Part shown: one piece after another, positions 12,055 through 26,809 of the stretch | Numbering within the stretch: the stretch's first letter is position 1 | Layout: each line of letters opens with the position of its first letter | Source of the DNA: Octopus sinensis | Taxonomy: Eukaryota | Assembly: GCF_006345805.1 (NCBI RefSeq) | Contig: NC_042997.1 | Location: forward strand, 95,418,001 to 95,482,000 | Length of the DNA stretch: 64,000 bases | Direction: 5' to 3' | The notes under the pieces: generated by a model | What the model was told of the DNA's origin: nothing | What the model saw: the letters and a program-made list of their open reading frames with translations, nothing else | Databases searched by the model: none | Position numbers and translations under genes: made by a program

Positions 12055-13540
12055 AGTTTTTATTGTTGTTGTCTTTGCGCAGCTTCTAACGCTAGAGATG
12101 TATTCCAGTGTCAACTCTTCACTACCAGTGAACCAAGCTAACACCCCCTTATTTTTTAGCACTTTTCGGAGTGTTCGATCAGTTCCTAGCAGTGCTGTAT
12201 TCTGCAAGTGCTCCACATTCCGTATCGCATACCTTGTTGTCAGCTGGGCATGTTATATCTATGATCCAGCATCGTTTGCTTTCTTTCTCAATTAACGCTA
12301 TGTCTAGTTTCATATCCTCTATCTCATGGTCGCACTGAATCATAAAATCCCATAGGATCTTTGAATTATCAGTTTCAATGATGCTTTCAGCTTTATGCTC
12401 GTACCATTTTTGGTTCTGCCACGTCCATACTTGTTGCAAAGTGTCCAATGAACAAACCTTACTATATTGTCATGACGTCTCTTATATTCTATCAGGGCTA
12501 GTGTCCTACATTAACTGGTAATATGCCTCACGGTTTCACGTTTTGTCCACAAATTCTGCTCTTACCACTTTTTGATGTGTTATCTAATCTGTATTTGATA
12601 TAATTGATTCTTAAAACTTGCTCTTGTGCTGCACATATTAGAGCCTCCGTTTCCGGTTTTAAATCGCTTTTAGTCATCCATAGCCATCGCCTTTCTCTGT
12701 CTGTCTTATCTGTATCATCCTTATGAAATTGTCCACGCAATGTTTTCTTTATCCACCTATTTTCAGTTACATTTATTCTCAAGTGCTTGTACAGTGCTTT
12801 ATGTTTGCAGTCTTCCATCCTACACAAGCCTGACTTCTTACTTCTAATAATAGCGGTTCATTCGTTTTCAGTTGTTTGTACAGTGTTTTATCTTTGCAAT
12901 CTTTCATCCTACACATGCCTAACCTTCTAATAATAGCGGTTCTGTGGCATTTCTTACTTACCATGCTATCTTGTTTTCTTATGCTCTAATGCCGTTTTCG
13001 CATCCAATAAGTCCACTTACTCCTCTTCATCCTGGTACATACAGTCTGTCTGTATCACTTTTTGGGTGGAATATCCCATATCTAGTCAGCAACTTCCTTG
13101 TCTTTCTGTCTAAGCTGTTTAGTTCGTCTACTGTCTACGCGATCATCCCAGCTCCATATCTAAGGAGTGAAACCGCCCAGGTGTTGATAGCTTCAATCTT
13201 ATTCCGCTCGTTTAATTTCGACTTAAGCCTCAGTGCCAGTCTGTGCAAGTATTCCACCTTGAGTTTTTCTGTCATTTCTTTCTCCATCCATTTATTCATT
13301 TCCAATATCTCCAAGTACTTAGAGCCCATCTCTTCTATCTGCTTCATAACCTCCCCCGATATTATCGCTAGCCCGTCCATACATTTGATTTTGCATCTCT
13401 TCAAGACTAACACATCACACTTTTTCAGTCCGAACTCCATTCAGATATCAGCAGTGAAAGTATACATCGTATCAACGAGGGAACTGACTTGGAATTCATC
13501 TTTACCATAAAGTTTGAGGTCATCCATGTATAACAAGTGG

Positions 13541-13545
<5 letters not shown>
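12055..13545 (-). pseudogene. 5'-truncated, decayed R4/Dong LINE
   Basis: Fragments HLLYMDDLKLYGK, MEFGLKKC, SKLNERNKIEAINTWAV, LKPETEALICAAQEQ and KILWDFMIQCD. Contains frameshifts. Flanked by TAA/TAG tracts. Confidence 0.9.
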
Positions 13546-13573
<28 letters not shown>

Positions 13574-14329
13574 TTTTTTTTTATTATTATTATTATTTCA
13601 GCAGCTGTATACAGATAATCTTCAACATAATGTTTTCGTACATTTAAACCAGGAAAATTCTGTTTTGCTCTAAACACACAGCGTACTCTTGTAAAACGTT
13701 TTAATGGATATCTCGTAGAAAGTATCAAGAGACACCATGCTTTTGTCATCTCGGCAATTAATCCACTAATGACGCTTAAATAATTGATTAACTCCGTTGT
13801 TTACTACTTCAGAGAATAGGGGTTCAATTTAATTTATTGTTTAGGAAATCTCCCGTGTTATTCAAAAGCAGCTTTTGTAAACGATTAAGTATACTAGCGC
13901 CGAACAACATACTCACGTCTTGCTATGAGATTGCTTTATACATTTTTGTGCTTAACGTGATTTCAAATTCAAGACATTTATTTCGAGCACGTCAGAAGAA
14001 ATAAACTCAATAATGTTCTCATTCAGCATATTAAAACGAAAATCGCATTAAGCTAAATTTCACGTTTATTAAATTGTTAGGGGTAAACATAGTATACAAC
14101 TTTAGATTTTTAATAAGTACCTATTGTGAATATAGCTGGTTATACTGAGGGAAAGGAAACGTGATTTTGAATAGAACCAACATTAATTCGGAGCAGCAAC
14201 CAATGAATATTTTGAGGAGAATTTGAAATATATATTCAGAGGTGACCTAAAAACAAATTAGAAACATAGAACCTACACTTAAACGCATCCCACCCCCATT
14301 TATATACAGGTATGTATGTTTGTATGTAA

Positions 14330-15635
14330 TTATTCAGTTTTATTTCTAGATTTCTTACCAATAGAGAAAGAGCCTCTTTCTAACCAAGATCCAAGGTGCC
14401 TTCATTGGAATTTCAACAATATCAGCAGGATATTTCTGTATTATGTGACGGCTAGGATCTGTTGCCTTCGAATAAACTAACTTTTCTCTGGTTTTGAGGA
14501 GCCTAATTTCTCAAGATTGCTATTTAGACAGTGTGTTTCATATCCCAGGGTTCCAATCATTACAAGTATAAACCTGAACTTGCAATCCGGATACAGTAAC
14601 AGCAGATTTCTCAATAGTTCATCGCATATATTCTCTTTTTTACTGACCTTCAACCTTTATGTTAATATCCGCTGGGCAGCAAATTTCCACAACTGTACAC
14701 AGTTTCTCTTCTCTATCCCAAATCATTATATCAGGTCTGTTGTAATTACATTTTATTCAGATTTTCAGTAGGACATTCGAACAGTATTCCTGTTTATTAT
14801 GAGTCGCTACCATACTGTAGGTTTTTATTTCTTTGTCCTCGGGGTTATTCTTCCGACAGATTTCGTTATAAGGTGTCCTAGCAATAACACCATCTCTCAT
14901 CGTTAAGTAATACCGTGGTCACATTTTTCTGACAACTGCTTATGATATATGTGATATCTTCAGTGTTGATAAAGTTTGCCTAGGTTGTCATATTTTACTG
15001 CCTTTTCTTGATCTCTAACCCTTTTATGCATCAGGTAATTCGTTGACATTTCCTTTTCCTGGATTGCAAACATGTAACCTTCAAAGTAGGAGGTAGTAAT
15101 CTGTTGATTTATCCATGATAGATTGCTTTGATGATCAATGTTACTATCATCTCAGAGCTTTCTACTAACATCCATGCATGATCTTCTGCTCATATATACT
15201 CACCCTTTCCTCTGGTAATATGTTGCGGTAGAGTCTTGCGTTTATCAGACAAGGAATGCTGTTCAAAGAGCTGCCTTCCCAATCTTATGATGTTATGAGC
15301 TTCATATATGCAAATTAGGTCAAAGGATGCACTGCGCTACTTAGTGGTTCAAAGGTGTTGCCGAAGGGATATGATACGAGGGCATTGTTAAATGTCGATC
15401 AATGTTAAATGTCTACTGCCTTGTTTTCGATTTATGTAGAGGTGGCCTACGTCACAGCTGATGTGGAAATTATGTATGCTTGTTAATATTTTTCGGGTTT
15501 TCACATCAATGGCTCGGATCTCATTAAGCGTCCAATCAAGCACCCCGAATGTTGGTATGAGTACTGGCACTGCAAGCACATGGTAGGCCAATGTTTTATT
15601 GAATGTAGAGTGTTCTGATATTCAAATTTTCATTA
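14330..15635 (-). pseudogene. Decayed 3' part of a second R4/Dong-like LINE family
   Basis: Fragments LAVPVLIPTFGVLDWTLNEIRAIDVKTRKILT, PDIMIWDREEKLCTVVEICCPADIN and VMIGTLG. Ends in a (CATA)n-type tail. Confidence 0.8.
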
Positions 15636-15751
15636 TTCGGATGCCCGAGATCCTAGAAGACACACACAGACAAACAGAACGGATTTTATATAATACATAC
15701 ATATACATATAGATACATACATACATACATACATACATACATACATAATAC

Positions 15752-15819
<68 letters not shown>

Positions 15820-15861
15820 ATATATATATATTTAAGGCAAATAAGTAACAAGGATGTCCAG

Positions 15862-17008
15862 ATATCAATGCATTACGGCTGTTTCAAGCTACTTGATTTA
15901 ATCGAGCAATGAAAACATTACATCAATTTGAAAGAAACTGCTTTCCTTTGTACAGACCACCATACAGATTTCCTGTATAGGGTATAAACCATTCTTTTTA
16001 GCACAACTTACATCAATACTAGAAACCAAAATAATCACATTATTTCCTTTCGTTATATTTCTGTCAGAATGTTGCTTGTTCCTTTTCGAGCCATGCCTGG
16101 CTCATAAGGGCCGGTTTCCCAGTTTCATTGGCGTATTCGTTCCCCAGTTGAACGCGACGCCGTTCCTTCACAAGTGACTTAGTAGATGCAAGAGGAAAGA
16201 GTAAAATAAAACTATGACGAAAGAGTCAGCAGAAATTCGATATTTGTTCTGCCGTAGCCGCCGGGAGCTTAGATGTTTCGCTCATAAACACACACATCAC
16301 CAGGTCTGAGATTCGACCACGGCTTCCCTCGATTGCGAGTCCGCCTCTCTAAACACTAGGCCATGTGCCTCCACGTAGCAGCATGGATTTAGAGAAAATG
16401 TATATCTAAAATACATCATAATTTAGAGAGTAGCAGAGGAATAAAATGGGGAGGGGGGTTTACGAAAAAGAAATGGAGAGAGTGTTTATTTATATTTATC
16501 TTTATTGTATAAGTAAAATGTTATGCAGCATATAGTCTCCAACCCTTTAGAGTTAAATCCATCGTGTGTTGACAGTTCCAGTTGTTGGTGATAAGTTAAT
16601 TAATGTTAGATACGCTCCCCTACCCATATTTTACTGGGACAATATATCTAACTTAATTTACATAAATATCAGAGCTTCTAGTAATAGATAAAGATAAATA
16701 CAGATTAACTATCTTACCATACCTTTTCTTGACCCCCCACTATTTTCCTCTGCTACTCTCTAAATGATGGCTTTAGATATCCATATTTCCAGAAATTCAT
16801 TCTACCACAAACGTAGCCTTAGTGAAACAATGTGATTATTTTGGTTTCTAGTACTGATGTAAATTGTGCTAAACAAATGCTGTATATTTTATATTGGAAA
16901 TGTAAATGTTCGTCTGTGTCTGAGGTGAGCGGTTTCTTTCAAACTCATGTGATGTTTTCATTGCTCGATTATATCAAGCCACTTAAAACGGCCGTAATGC
17001 ATTGATAC
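15862..17008. mobile_element. Long foldback element/MITE, left arm interrupted by a SINE
   Basis: ATCAATGCATTACGGC..ATCGAGCAATGAAAACAT..TAGAAACCAAAATAATCACATT (15864-16041) is inverted at ~16825-17007. Inner arms TTTAGAGAGTAGCAGAGGAA / TTCCTCTGCTACTCTCTAAA. Confidence 0.8.
16080..16374 (-). mobile_element. tRNA-derived SINE (OR-type, decayed)
   Basis: Similar along its length to the copies at 35085-35381 and 36854-37160. Confidence 0.75.
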
Positions 17009-17175
17009 ATGGAAATTCTTGTTACTTATTTGCTATATATATATATATATATAACTAGAGAGAGAGAGAGAGAGAGAGAGAGAATGTGTGTGCAGATATT
17101 CATCTCTTACTCTCTCTCTCTCTCTTTATCTATCTATCTCCCTATTTGTCTATTATATATCCATCTATCATTTTA

Positions 17176-17267
<92 letters not shown>

Positions 17268-20200
17268 ATGTATATATATATATAAATATATATACCGGCA
17301 TACGCGCGTACATGCATATGTCCACACTTTAAAGCATGTATACATTTATAAATGTGTTTATATACACGTGCTTATGCTAGTGTATGGTTGATTATTCTGT
17401 CTGCTTCTGTGTTTGTGCATTTGCTTCTCTATATTAATTAAAAATCTAATCTTTTGCATATTCATAGTGAACATATATCCCTTGGGTTACGAATATTTCA
17501 GTAATTTTGTAAAGTAAAAGAAATATTTGTGTAAATCGATTGAATGAGTAATGTCTTGAAGTAAATCTTATTCCATTTCTGACACTGTATTACTTTTTCA
17601 CACGAATAATAATTGAAATATTTTGATGCTGCAACCATCTAAAGAACATGCATATAGAACTCGTTTAAAAATATATCAGAGCACAGATAAGACGGGAAAA
17701 ATCACACACACACACACACACACTCACACATAAACACACACATACATACACATACATTCGCACACACACACACTCAGACAAACACACACTCGGACACTCA
17801 CACACTCACACTCACGAAAATTAAGATGTGCAGACGCATACATTAAACATTTCTACTATATACGCATACAATAATAATAGACATAAAGAGGAGTGAAGAC
17901 AGAATAGGTTTGCTTTATTTTTATGTATACTGATTAGTATTCCAGGACAGATGATGCAATAATGAATATTATATTCGGTCAACATTCGGAATATTAAAAT
18001 ATATATTATAGTAATGAAATTTTAGAGAACCGTGGAACGAATGTTGTAATGTGATGTCAGAACGGTTTATATGTACAGAATGGTCAGCATGTGTTAGTTG
18101 CAGCTATATTTTTTCTCAGTATTTATCAGAAAAATAAATAACAGAATAGTTTACAAAATTGAGATAACCTTTAACGTTCTGTGTTTTCAGCATATATTAA
18201 TATGCAGTAGCTGAGATTAATGTATGTGTTTGTTTGTGCGTGTGTGTGTACGTGTGTCCCTTGCAATTGTATTTTTACTAATGCCAATGTATTTTACTAT
18301 GTATTCTCAGAAATAAGAATTTTCTTAGGCTTATAACCTTCAAATGGCTATCAATATCTCAAGAGACGAGTATTCACATATGATTAATGCAAAATGAAAG
18401 AAAATGGAATCCTCGTGGTGCTTTAGTTCTAATTCCTCAGGAGTATTTCTGAAGCTCTATTCCTAATACCAATCACAATTTGTAAAACAGACATATACCA
18501 TTAAAATATCTGATAACAGAACAATAGTGAAACAAATCAATCATGTTTTGGTTTTCTGAATATAAAATATGTATCGTTATCAAAATATTCTTTAAATAAA
18601 TTTAGCTCAATCGTTATGTGATATACCCTAGTGTATATTTTAATTTTTTCAAATTTAGGCAGCATGCGAAAGTTTAAGGAGAGTTGGTGAATCGATTACG
18701 TAGGTTTTAGAATGTGAATGATACTATCTACCACGTAAAGATAAATTTCAAAGCTGGACAAAATGGGGGTTTACCTCAAATTTTAAAAGCTTTGAGCATT
18801 TGTACAAAATGATATTGTCCCTTATACCAACTCAAACGATTCTATCAACCTAGAACCCAATATTTTATATGTTGCAGCGATATTGTTTCTCACTTGTAAA
18901 AATTTCAGAAATATGGCACATCACCAAAGACTCTCTAGTGTATTACTATCGAAAAATTCAACCACTTAGCTATCGTGTTATTCGAAATTTCATACGTTAA
19001 TCTCAACTTAAATTTGGTATATTTACATCAATGAAATCTAATGCTTTTGTAACAAAGAAACAAGATATTTTGTGTCCCTTATTCTATATGCCAATGCTCC
19101 TTGTCAAATAATATTTGTAATTTAATACAAAAATAATATATTCAATAAATGCATTTTTAGAAACCACATATATAAAATTAAATTATATTTCGAACCTGAA
19201 TATCTATTAAAAAATAATGTAATATCCCAAATATAAAAGAGATGCAAATATTTTACAAAATGAAATTAAGAAAGAAATTGAAGTGCGGGAAGCTATATTT
19301 CTTATTGAATTTCTGCTTTAAAAAATACAAAAGTTTAATAGGAGAGAATTAGATATTGTCTAAACATTTAAGTTCTAAGATGTATTTCAAGTTGATTTGT
19401 TGTTAATATTTGCAGGATTTGATTGAATGTTTTCTTGCTTCAAAATGGCAATCCGCAAACGATGATTACTTGAATACGATGGAAAAGAATATGCCAATTT
19501 TATGCACTTTAGCTCCTATAGGCGTCTATTGCAAAAACGTGTTATCCTGCGACTTAGCGTTACTTTCGTTGCCCTTATCAATTTCATTATCAGGATCATA
19601 ATGGTAATGACTACCCCGACGAATACGATGATAACAACGATGGCGCTAACGATAATAATGATGATGATGATAATCATCATCATCATCATCACCAACAGCA
19701 AGAACAAACTATCAACTTCAACACACCTAATATCACCATTTTCAAAACTAAGCGCCACGCCATGACTGCTAAGACTATTATTCCAAATGACTGCTACCGT
19801 CAGCATAACCATTGTCAAAACTAGAATTAGAAATAACGACGAATCGGCATTACCGCTAACATTGACAACGCCTTGGGCACTATCACCAACGCCAACAACG
19901 CCACCACCATTAACATTGTCGTCATCATCATCACGTTACATTCTTCATTATTATGTAATTATTAGTTATTTTTCATTACATTTAAAGATAATGCATTTTT
20001 ATATTCTTTTCTGTTGAATATAAAAGTACATTAATGGATTCAGACGTGGTTTCAAGTAAACGCACGATGCAAAACAACATTTGCTTGAAAGACACTCATT
20101 TAAAGTTTAAACAGATAATCAAGATTCATATATTATCATTTCACTTCAGGACAGCATCATTAGAACTTTGATTGGGTATTCAAAGTGATGGACTCCATGG

Positions 20201-23200
20201 CACCAAGCTTGACAGTGTCTGTCAATAGTTTTATGATAATTAAAATTAATGCGACTAGGAAAAGAGGGAATAACTAAATAAGAAAATTAGTTGTAAGAGT
20301 TCTTTCTACTAGTTTTCAAAATTCTAATTCGTTTGAGAAAGTGGAAACAGACCATCTAAAGGAATATTGAAATCCTTCCTGCTTTTCTACCAATAGGAGT
20401 AAATGTGCATAATTATATTCCTTTTGTGGAAATGATGAATTCAAGTTGCACTTTCTAATAATTATTCATTGATTGAGTAGTCACGAAACTCGATTTTCAA
20501 TTATCTTCAGAACGAATCATCATATCTTAATACAGTAAATTGACAATATCATTATAGATTTTAGTTGCCCAACAAATTGGACAATCCTACGACCAAGGAT
20601 AAAATAAACCACGTTCTGGTGTTACTTCAGCATCATTCGATGAAAAACTGTTAGAATACATTGTATTGACTATAGGTGTTTTTCAAACTTTATGCAGCCG
20701 AATTATTATAAGTCCATATGTGAAAGTCCATTCTTTTAATGTAAGAGAGACTCTATTTTCTGATGGACACTTTTCATAAAAGAGTATTCGGCTATTTTAG
20801 AGGAAGGTTTGTACCCACGCATTGGCTGCCATGTTGGCCCTTCAGTATATTTGTTATAAAACTAAGTGAAATAACCATACTGTATTTTTAATTTCTTGAC
20901 TTATCTGTTCCCCGATTCATCATTGATGTTGGGATGTAACACATAATTTTGTATTTATTGCATGTTAACGTGGTATATGTGAATAATTTAACGATATGGC
21001 ATATAATAAAGAGGAAAACATAAGATTTTATGGTTACTAATTTGAAAGCACTTTGCCAGGTATACAACACTTCACAAACCGAAAATTGTTTTAACATGTT
21101 TTCAGACTTTTGAAAGTTGTTTTTCAGTTTTCTTTCAGCAAATATTAGAAGTTTACTGAACGCACTACTTGGATATGCTTTTAAAATCTATGAAAGAAAA
21201 AAGTGCAAATATTAGTAATAGAATATGATTAAAAGGAGCTAACACTGAATAATGAGCAGTTAGCAGCGAGACGTACATCAGAAACATATATCAACATATC
21301 ACCAATTGCATTAATCACAATGATTAACTTCACACACAACCCAATTTTATGACTGTTTCTACATGGTTGTTTTATTAGTAAGGAACTGCAATAAAGTTGT
21401 TCTGAATTCACAGTCCTTTGTGATAAATAATTAGGCCTACATTACATAAGAAAATGCTAAATCCATAGTTTTGATGCAAGCTATTTGGTAATTAAGAGTG
21501 ATACGTCACTGATCAAAAGTCTTCTTGCTGAAAGTTCCTCCCAAACTACGCCTTCTCATCTCAATGCCAAATTCTCGATTTTGATTCAGACTTTCCCAAC
21601 ACCACAATCACGCGGAAATCAACTGAGCAGACTTCTTCGTTGTATTACGTAACGATGTAGCAAATCCTTACAATACCTCTTCTATGACCTTAACCGATTA
21701 CTTTCCGAAACTTGGAAATTCCTTTCTCATTACAGAGTGTATAATATTCATTCGAAATACCCATCGTTGACTTTTGAAACAGGTGCATTTCTGACTTAGG
21801 TGACTAACAACGTATCCTTGCTAATGCGATCTTCTCATGCGATGGAAAAACAATTTAAATACTTAATTTCCCTTCGCCGCATATTCCGTCTTTCATGGTT
21901 TGAATTATCGTTACTATAATTCTTTCTGTCGAGAAAGTGATTCTTAATCTTCAGAAGTTCAGTAAAATAAACTGTGTATTCATAGCGTCTGAATAACTAC
22001 ATTTCCTGGTGAACACTTCCGGAATCGGAACTTCATGGTTACCTCACTCCAGGTGTCTGTACCGATAGTTCTGCATTGATGATTCTTCAACAGGCTGCAC
22101 CCAGGTTATTTCTGCATACTAACAAATTCTGCCTCCATTAATTTGGACGTCAAAGGTGTCCTTAAATGGACAGGTGAACATGTTCAAGGATTATGAAATA
22201 TTTTAATAATGGAAACTGTCATATACCACAACAGCTGTAAACATGAAGCTTCACTGTAACAATGTCCATGCAAATATTGAAGCTACCAACCACAGATTGT
22301 CTGATGATATAAATAATATTTCCAAAACAATGGCCGAAATTTCAGCTTCGTATAGAACTCTTGTTAATTATCGCTCATATATGAATTTTGACACAATATT
22401 GATATTAATAATGCCATCTCTGCGTACTGTAACTTCCAGATACATTTCCAAATCATTACGGATGAACAAGTTTGAAGCGAACGACAATAAATTCCAGAAA
22501 ACTTACTATTTTGTAAATAAATCCACGGTGTACGAAGTAACCGATAATGTTGTGATGTGTTATAGTTTAACGATTACCAGAAAATGTTAATGCGAAATAT
22601 TACAAACTGAATGTTGATTACTGACAAATACCAGATTCATCATTGTATGACTGACGATTAATGGAAACGTGATCAGACAAGCAGTTAGGAAAAGATGGTT
22701 TGAAGGACCGTGTTATAAAAAATAAAATTTGCTATGAAATATATATGATAGCAGTAAACAATTTCCTTGGATATTGTTTTGTTTTCACGATACAGAATGC
22801 CGTATTACAAAAATAAAATGTCTGATAAGTTGAATTCGATAACCATTTGTTACCAAAAAACGCAAGCTTAGGTTTTTCGTTGTTTGCACAAAAATAATAT
22901 ATTATGATACTGATTTATGATAAAATACACTCCAGTCATGACAATGCTCTACTAAATTTGGTCTATTCAATGAATAATTCAATCGAATTTTTCACTCCCT
23001 TTATTGGGTCTTATAATTATAGTTGCCGTTGTTCTTCTGCAGTCATGGGGGTTCTAAAAAGATTAATGGGAACTCCCACCCTTCTACTAACCACACAATT
23101 ACAAGAAGCAAAGGATGGTATGGTGTAATTTGATGAAGATACAAGCTGATGTTCGTAGGAGGTCAAGCATATGCGTCGAAACATCCCCGTTAGCTCGGTT

Positions 23201-24599
23201 CTTTTTCATGTTATATTACATACGTGAGGCTAATAAATAATAAAATAATAATTTTTTTTCTTATATATTTTCAACGCCATTACTCAGAAATGCAATACGT
23301 AATTCCCATGGTTTTACTATTACATGTATTAAATCTATTAAATGATTAATAATAAATAGCAACACTTAAAATACAAAAACTAAATAATCTAAATAATTGT
23401 ACGAGGTATTTTAAAACAAATATCAATAATTTTAAAAATTAGATTCGCTATTCAAATAGCTTTTGCTACTATTTTTAACTAACTTTTACGGATAATCAGT
23501 ATGTTATTTGAAGTTAATTTCGTTTAACTTTTCAGAAATGACGTTGATATTTTAAAAATAGCAGTTCTATTTGCAAAACATTTTAGCTCAAACTTTTGTT
23601 TACTTAACAGAGTTAGATGTGTTTAAAAAAGTTGAAGTTGAAACTGTTGAAACTCCATATACTTGCGAAAATTAAATATTGTCTATTCGTTGTGACAGTT
23701 CCTGCTGATGATTTACCTAGGAATTATTTATATTTGCGCTTGAGCGTTTTATTTTCATTTACATATATTGCTTTTAATTTCAGAAATTTCAATTTTAATT
23801 ATATTTTTCACTGCTTTAATGATTTAAAAAAAAAACTTCCTTGTAAATATAGACATATCCTGAAGCATGACTTGATAGAAACATGACAGCAAGAAGTAAG
23901 GTATATTTGAAATGCCGCTCTTAGAAACGAAAACGTATCGACATAATAGAAGATTAAATCCTGTTAAATGTAGAAAAATATAATATAAAGAAAAATATGT
24001 AAACACCAAAATATAATCAGGAACAAAAAAATATATACATCTATATCAAATTTCATCTCAAATATGACAATAATTATTACGAGAAGAATGACAGGAATTT
24101 GACACGAACGATACATCATGCTGAAATTACTGTAAATGAACTAAATAGAAATGAAATAGAGACATTAGAATTAAACCTATTACAAGAAGCATCTTTTTAC
24201 GTGCTGAAGTCTTAAATGTCAGTTACAATCTTGGGTATAAATTTGGATGTAATGCATTATATTTTCTGAAGTATTTTTTAATAGAAATTTTAATAATTGA
24301 TGCAACACACGCCAATTCTTTAACCCCACTAAAACTACAGCCTATCATCAAAAGCTTTTCCTGTCCTTGAACGACGCATCAATGTACATATTACGTTTAT
24401 GTTGTATAGTTTAGAAAAAAAGGCAATATATTAAACAGTCGTTTATAATGTCGAGTTTCTGCATATAATCCACTCGATATTTATACAAAATATGTTCTAT
24501 ACATCATTTATTAAATGCAAATACTTGTAAGATAAGGACATGATTCTCTGCTGTTGTACCATGTTTGACCCACGCTTGACAGAGGGAAAACGGTATATC

Positions 24600-24900
24600 G
24601 TTTCGTTGGTCATGGAGTCTCCAGATTATACGGCGAAATCCACGAAACTGTATTTACATTCTCTTGAAGACTTCGGCTAACATTGCTCTGTGGTGCCTTA
24701 TAATGCCATTGAATATTGTGAATCCATAGATGTCAGGCCCCGAGAAGTAGGATCCTCTCCATGAGCAGTTGATAGGATTTTGGCAGTTGCAATCTAGTGT
24801 CTGTTTTGAAGACTTTATTCGAATGTGTTTGCGACCATAGTACCGTGCGACATTAGGCACAATGTTGGCTAAGCTGGGGCAAGTGACCCGGACGTTGTGA
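24600..24900 (-). pseudogene. Penelope-like element GIY-YIG region remnant
   Basis: MPNVA..CNCQNPINCSWRG..IY..EVFKR resembles the PLE MPN..CNC..CPL.G.C..Y..FK.R linker/endonuclease. Confidence 0.6.
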
Positions 24901-25199
24901 GGGATTGAAAGGTTTATAGTATTTATACATTCAAGGTAAGTGTTACTTGATTTTATTTATTCCGGTTATACATACGCCTTCCCATCTATCTTTTAAGTGC
25001 CTCCTCTAACATTTTCACATAATGTATATACATACATGCACGTGCGCATACACATACGCACAGACATACACACAAACAGATTGATATATATGCCTATATG
25101 TATGTATGAATGCACAAATATGCCATCATATGTATACATACAAACACACACGCATATATTCATGCATACATGCATGCATAGATAAATGTTGAAAAAGGA

Positions 25200-26650
25200 A
25201 AGAACATTGTAAAGTATATATCAAGAACGTATTTTGATTAATGTGTTTAAGTTTAAAAATTCAGAAGCAGATATGGGGGGTTAAAAACGAACGTTATTCC
25301 TTCAAGAAAATCAAAGAAAGATAAAGAAAAGCAGAATTCAGTTATTAAGAAAGAGCAAGCCTATAGAAAAAGGGAGAAAGTGCGCTAGAAGATGCTGGTG
25401 TTTGTGACTGTGTTTGTTAGAAGGTGTGCATATTTTTGAAAATAAAAGTTTTCCTGAATCACATAGATTGAAAAGATGAAGATGGCAAAAGCTATTTATT
25501 CTTATTAATTGCATAAACAAAATCAATTTTCTGTTAAATGTCGAAAATAAAGTGAAAATAACTTGACAATGTTCAATTGCTTGATGAACTAAAGTTTGAG
25601 AAATTTCTAAAACGTCCATGTAGCTGATAAAATTTTTCCAAAACGCGGTAAAGAGTTCAAAAGAATTTATACAAACCCAGAAATATGGTACCACAAGAAG
25701 TTAAAATGATGTAAGTTCAAGTTGAGAAAGACGTTTTCGAAAAGGATGTCCAAAAAGAGTGAAAATATTTAAGATGTAAAAGTAAGACAAGTTGCATGTT
25801 AAGCAGGAATCAGCTGAAGAAATACCATAGATGCAGTGTGTGGATACAAGCTGGTTCAACTGTACACAGAGGTCAAGCACAAATGGGAAGCTGCAAGTGG
25901 AAAGTACAGAAATGAATGGCTCAAAAGAGGTTAAATGTAAGGGGAAATGTTCAAACTGACTGTGTTATATTGTATATTTTCGTTTGAGTGTGTGGGTGTG
26001 TAGGCGGAAAATAGTTTTATGTATAAATCTACCTAGTGGCAATGTTGGGGATATAACTGTGGAGGATAGGCGGGAAAGGTGATTATCGGAATGAATGGGT
26101 CTAAACGTCGGGTATATAGTAAGGATTATGCGTATGCGTGTGCGCGTATACACGAAATGTGCAAATAGGTAATTGGGCTGCCTGCAAAGCGAAATACTAA
26201 TGAGGTATAAATGAGGGAGCATGAAGGAAAGAATGAGTAAAATATTTAAAAAATGATGGGGGTAACCAAGTTGAAAGGTAAGGAGAATGTGTTATGAGGG
26301 GAACGAAAAAGTAGTTAAAGCGGAAAAAAAAACGAGAACAGTAAAGAAAGCATAAAGATATAATAAAGGAGCCAATCTTTTAAATACATACAAGGACTTC
26401 CGGTTATATAGCGGAGCTAAGACAAGACATGTGTGAAAGTAATACTACTAGGAAGAGAATGTGATCCTTCTAGACTTAGGAAAATATATGTAGAAAAACA
26501 AGACAAACCATGAGCTGAAATTAAAATTTTAATCTATGACAAGTTCAAAAAGAAAACTGTCTGAGCGAGCTTCAAACCATAAAGGAGGGACTGTTTTAAA
26601 ATAGAACGTTACGTAAGGTTTTTTAATAGCGGGGAATGTGACCTACGGAG
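25200..26650 (-). pseudogene. Probable highly decayed Penelope-like RT region
   Basis: A weak YMD-containing frame (25338-25694) lies upstream of the GIY-YIG remnant on the same strand. Strong purine strand bias. Confidence 0.35.
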
Positions 26651-26757
26651 TTTGTTTTTGTATATTTATATATATACACATACAAAGATATGCTTATATC
26701 TGTATGTGTTGGTAAGTCGTGGGAGAATAAGAACTGCGTGAGTTAAAATTTCATTGA

Positions 26758-26809
<52 letters not shown>

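Noticed and set aside
23140-23200. Hammerhead-like CTGATG..GAAAC..GTTA
   Set aside because: The core is incomplete and stems I and II do not pair convincingly.
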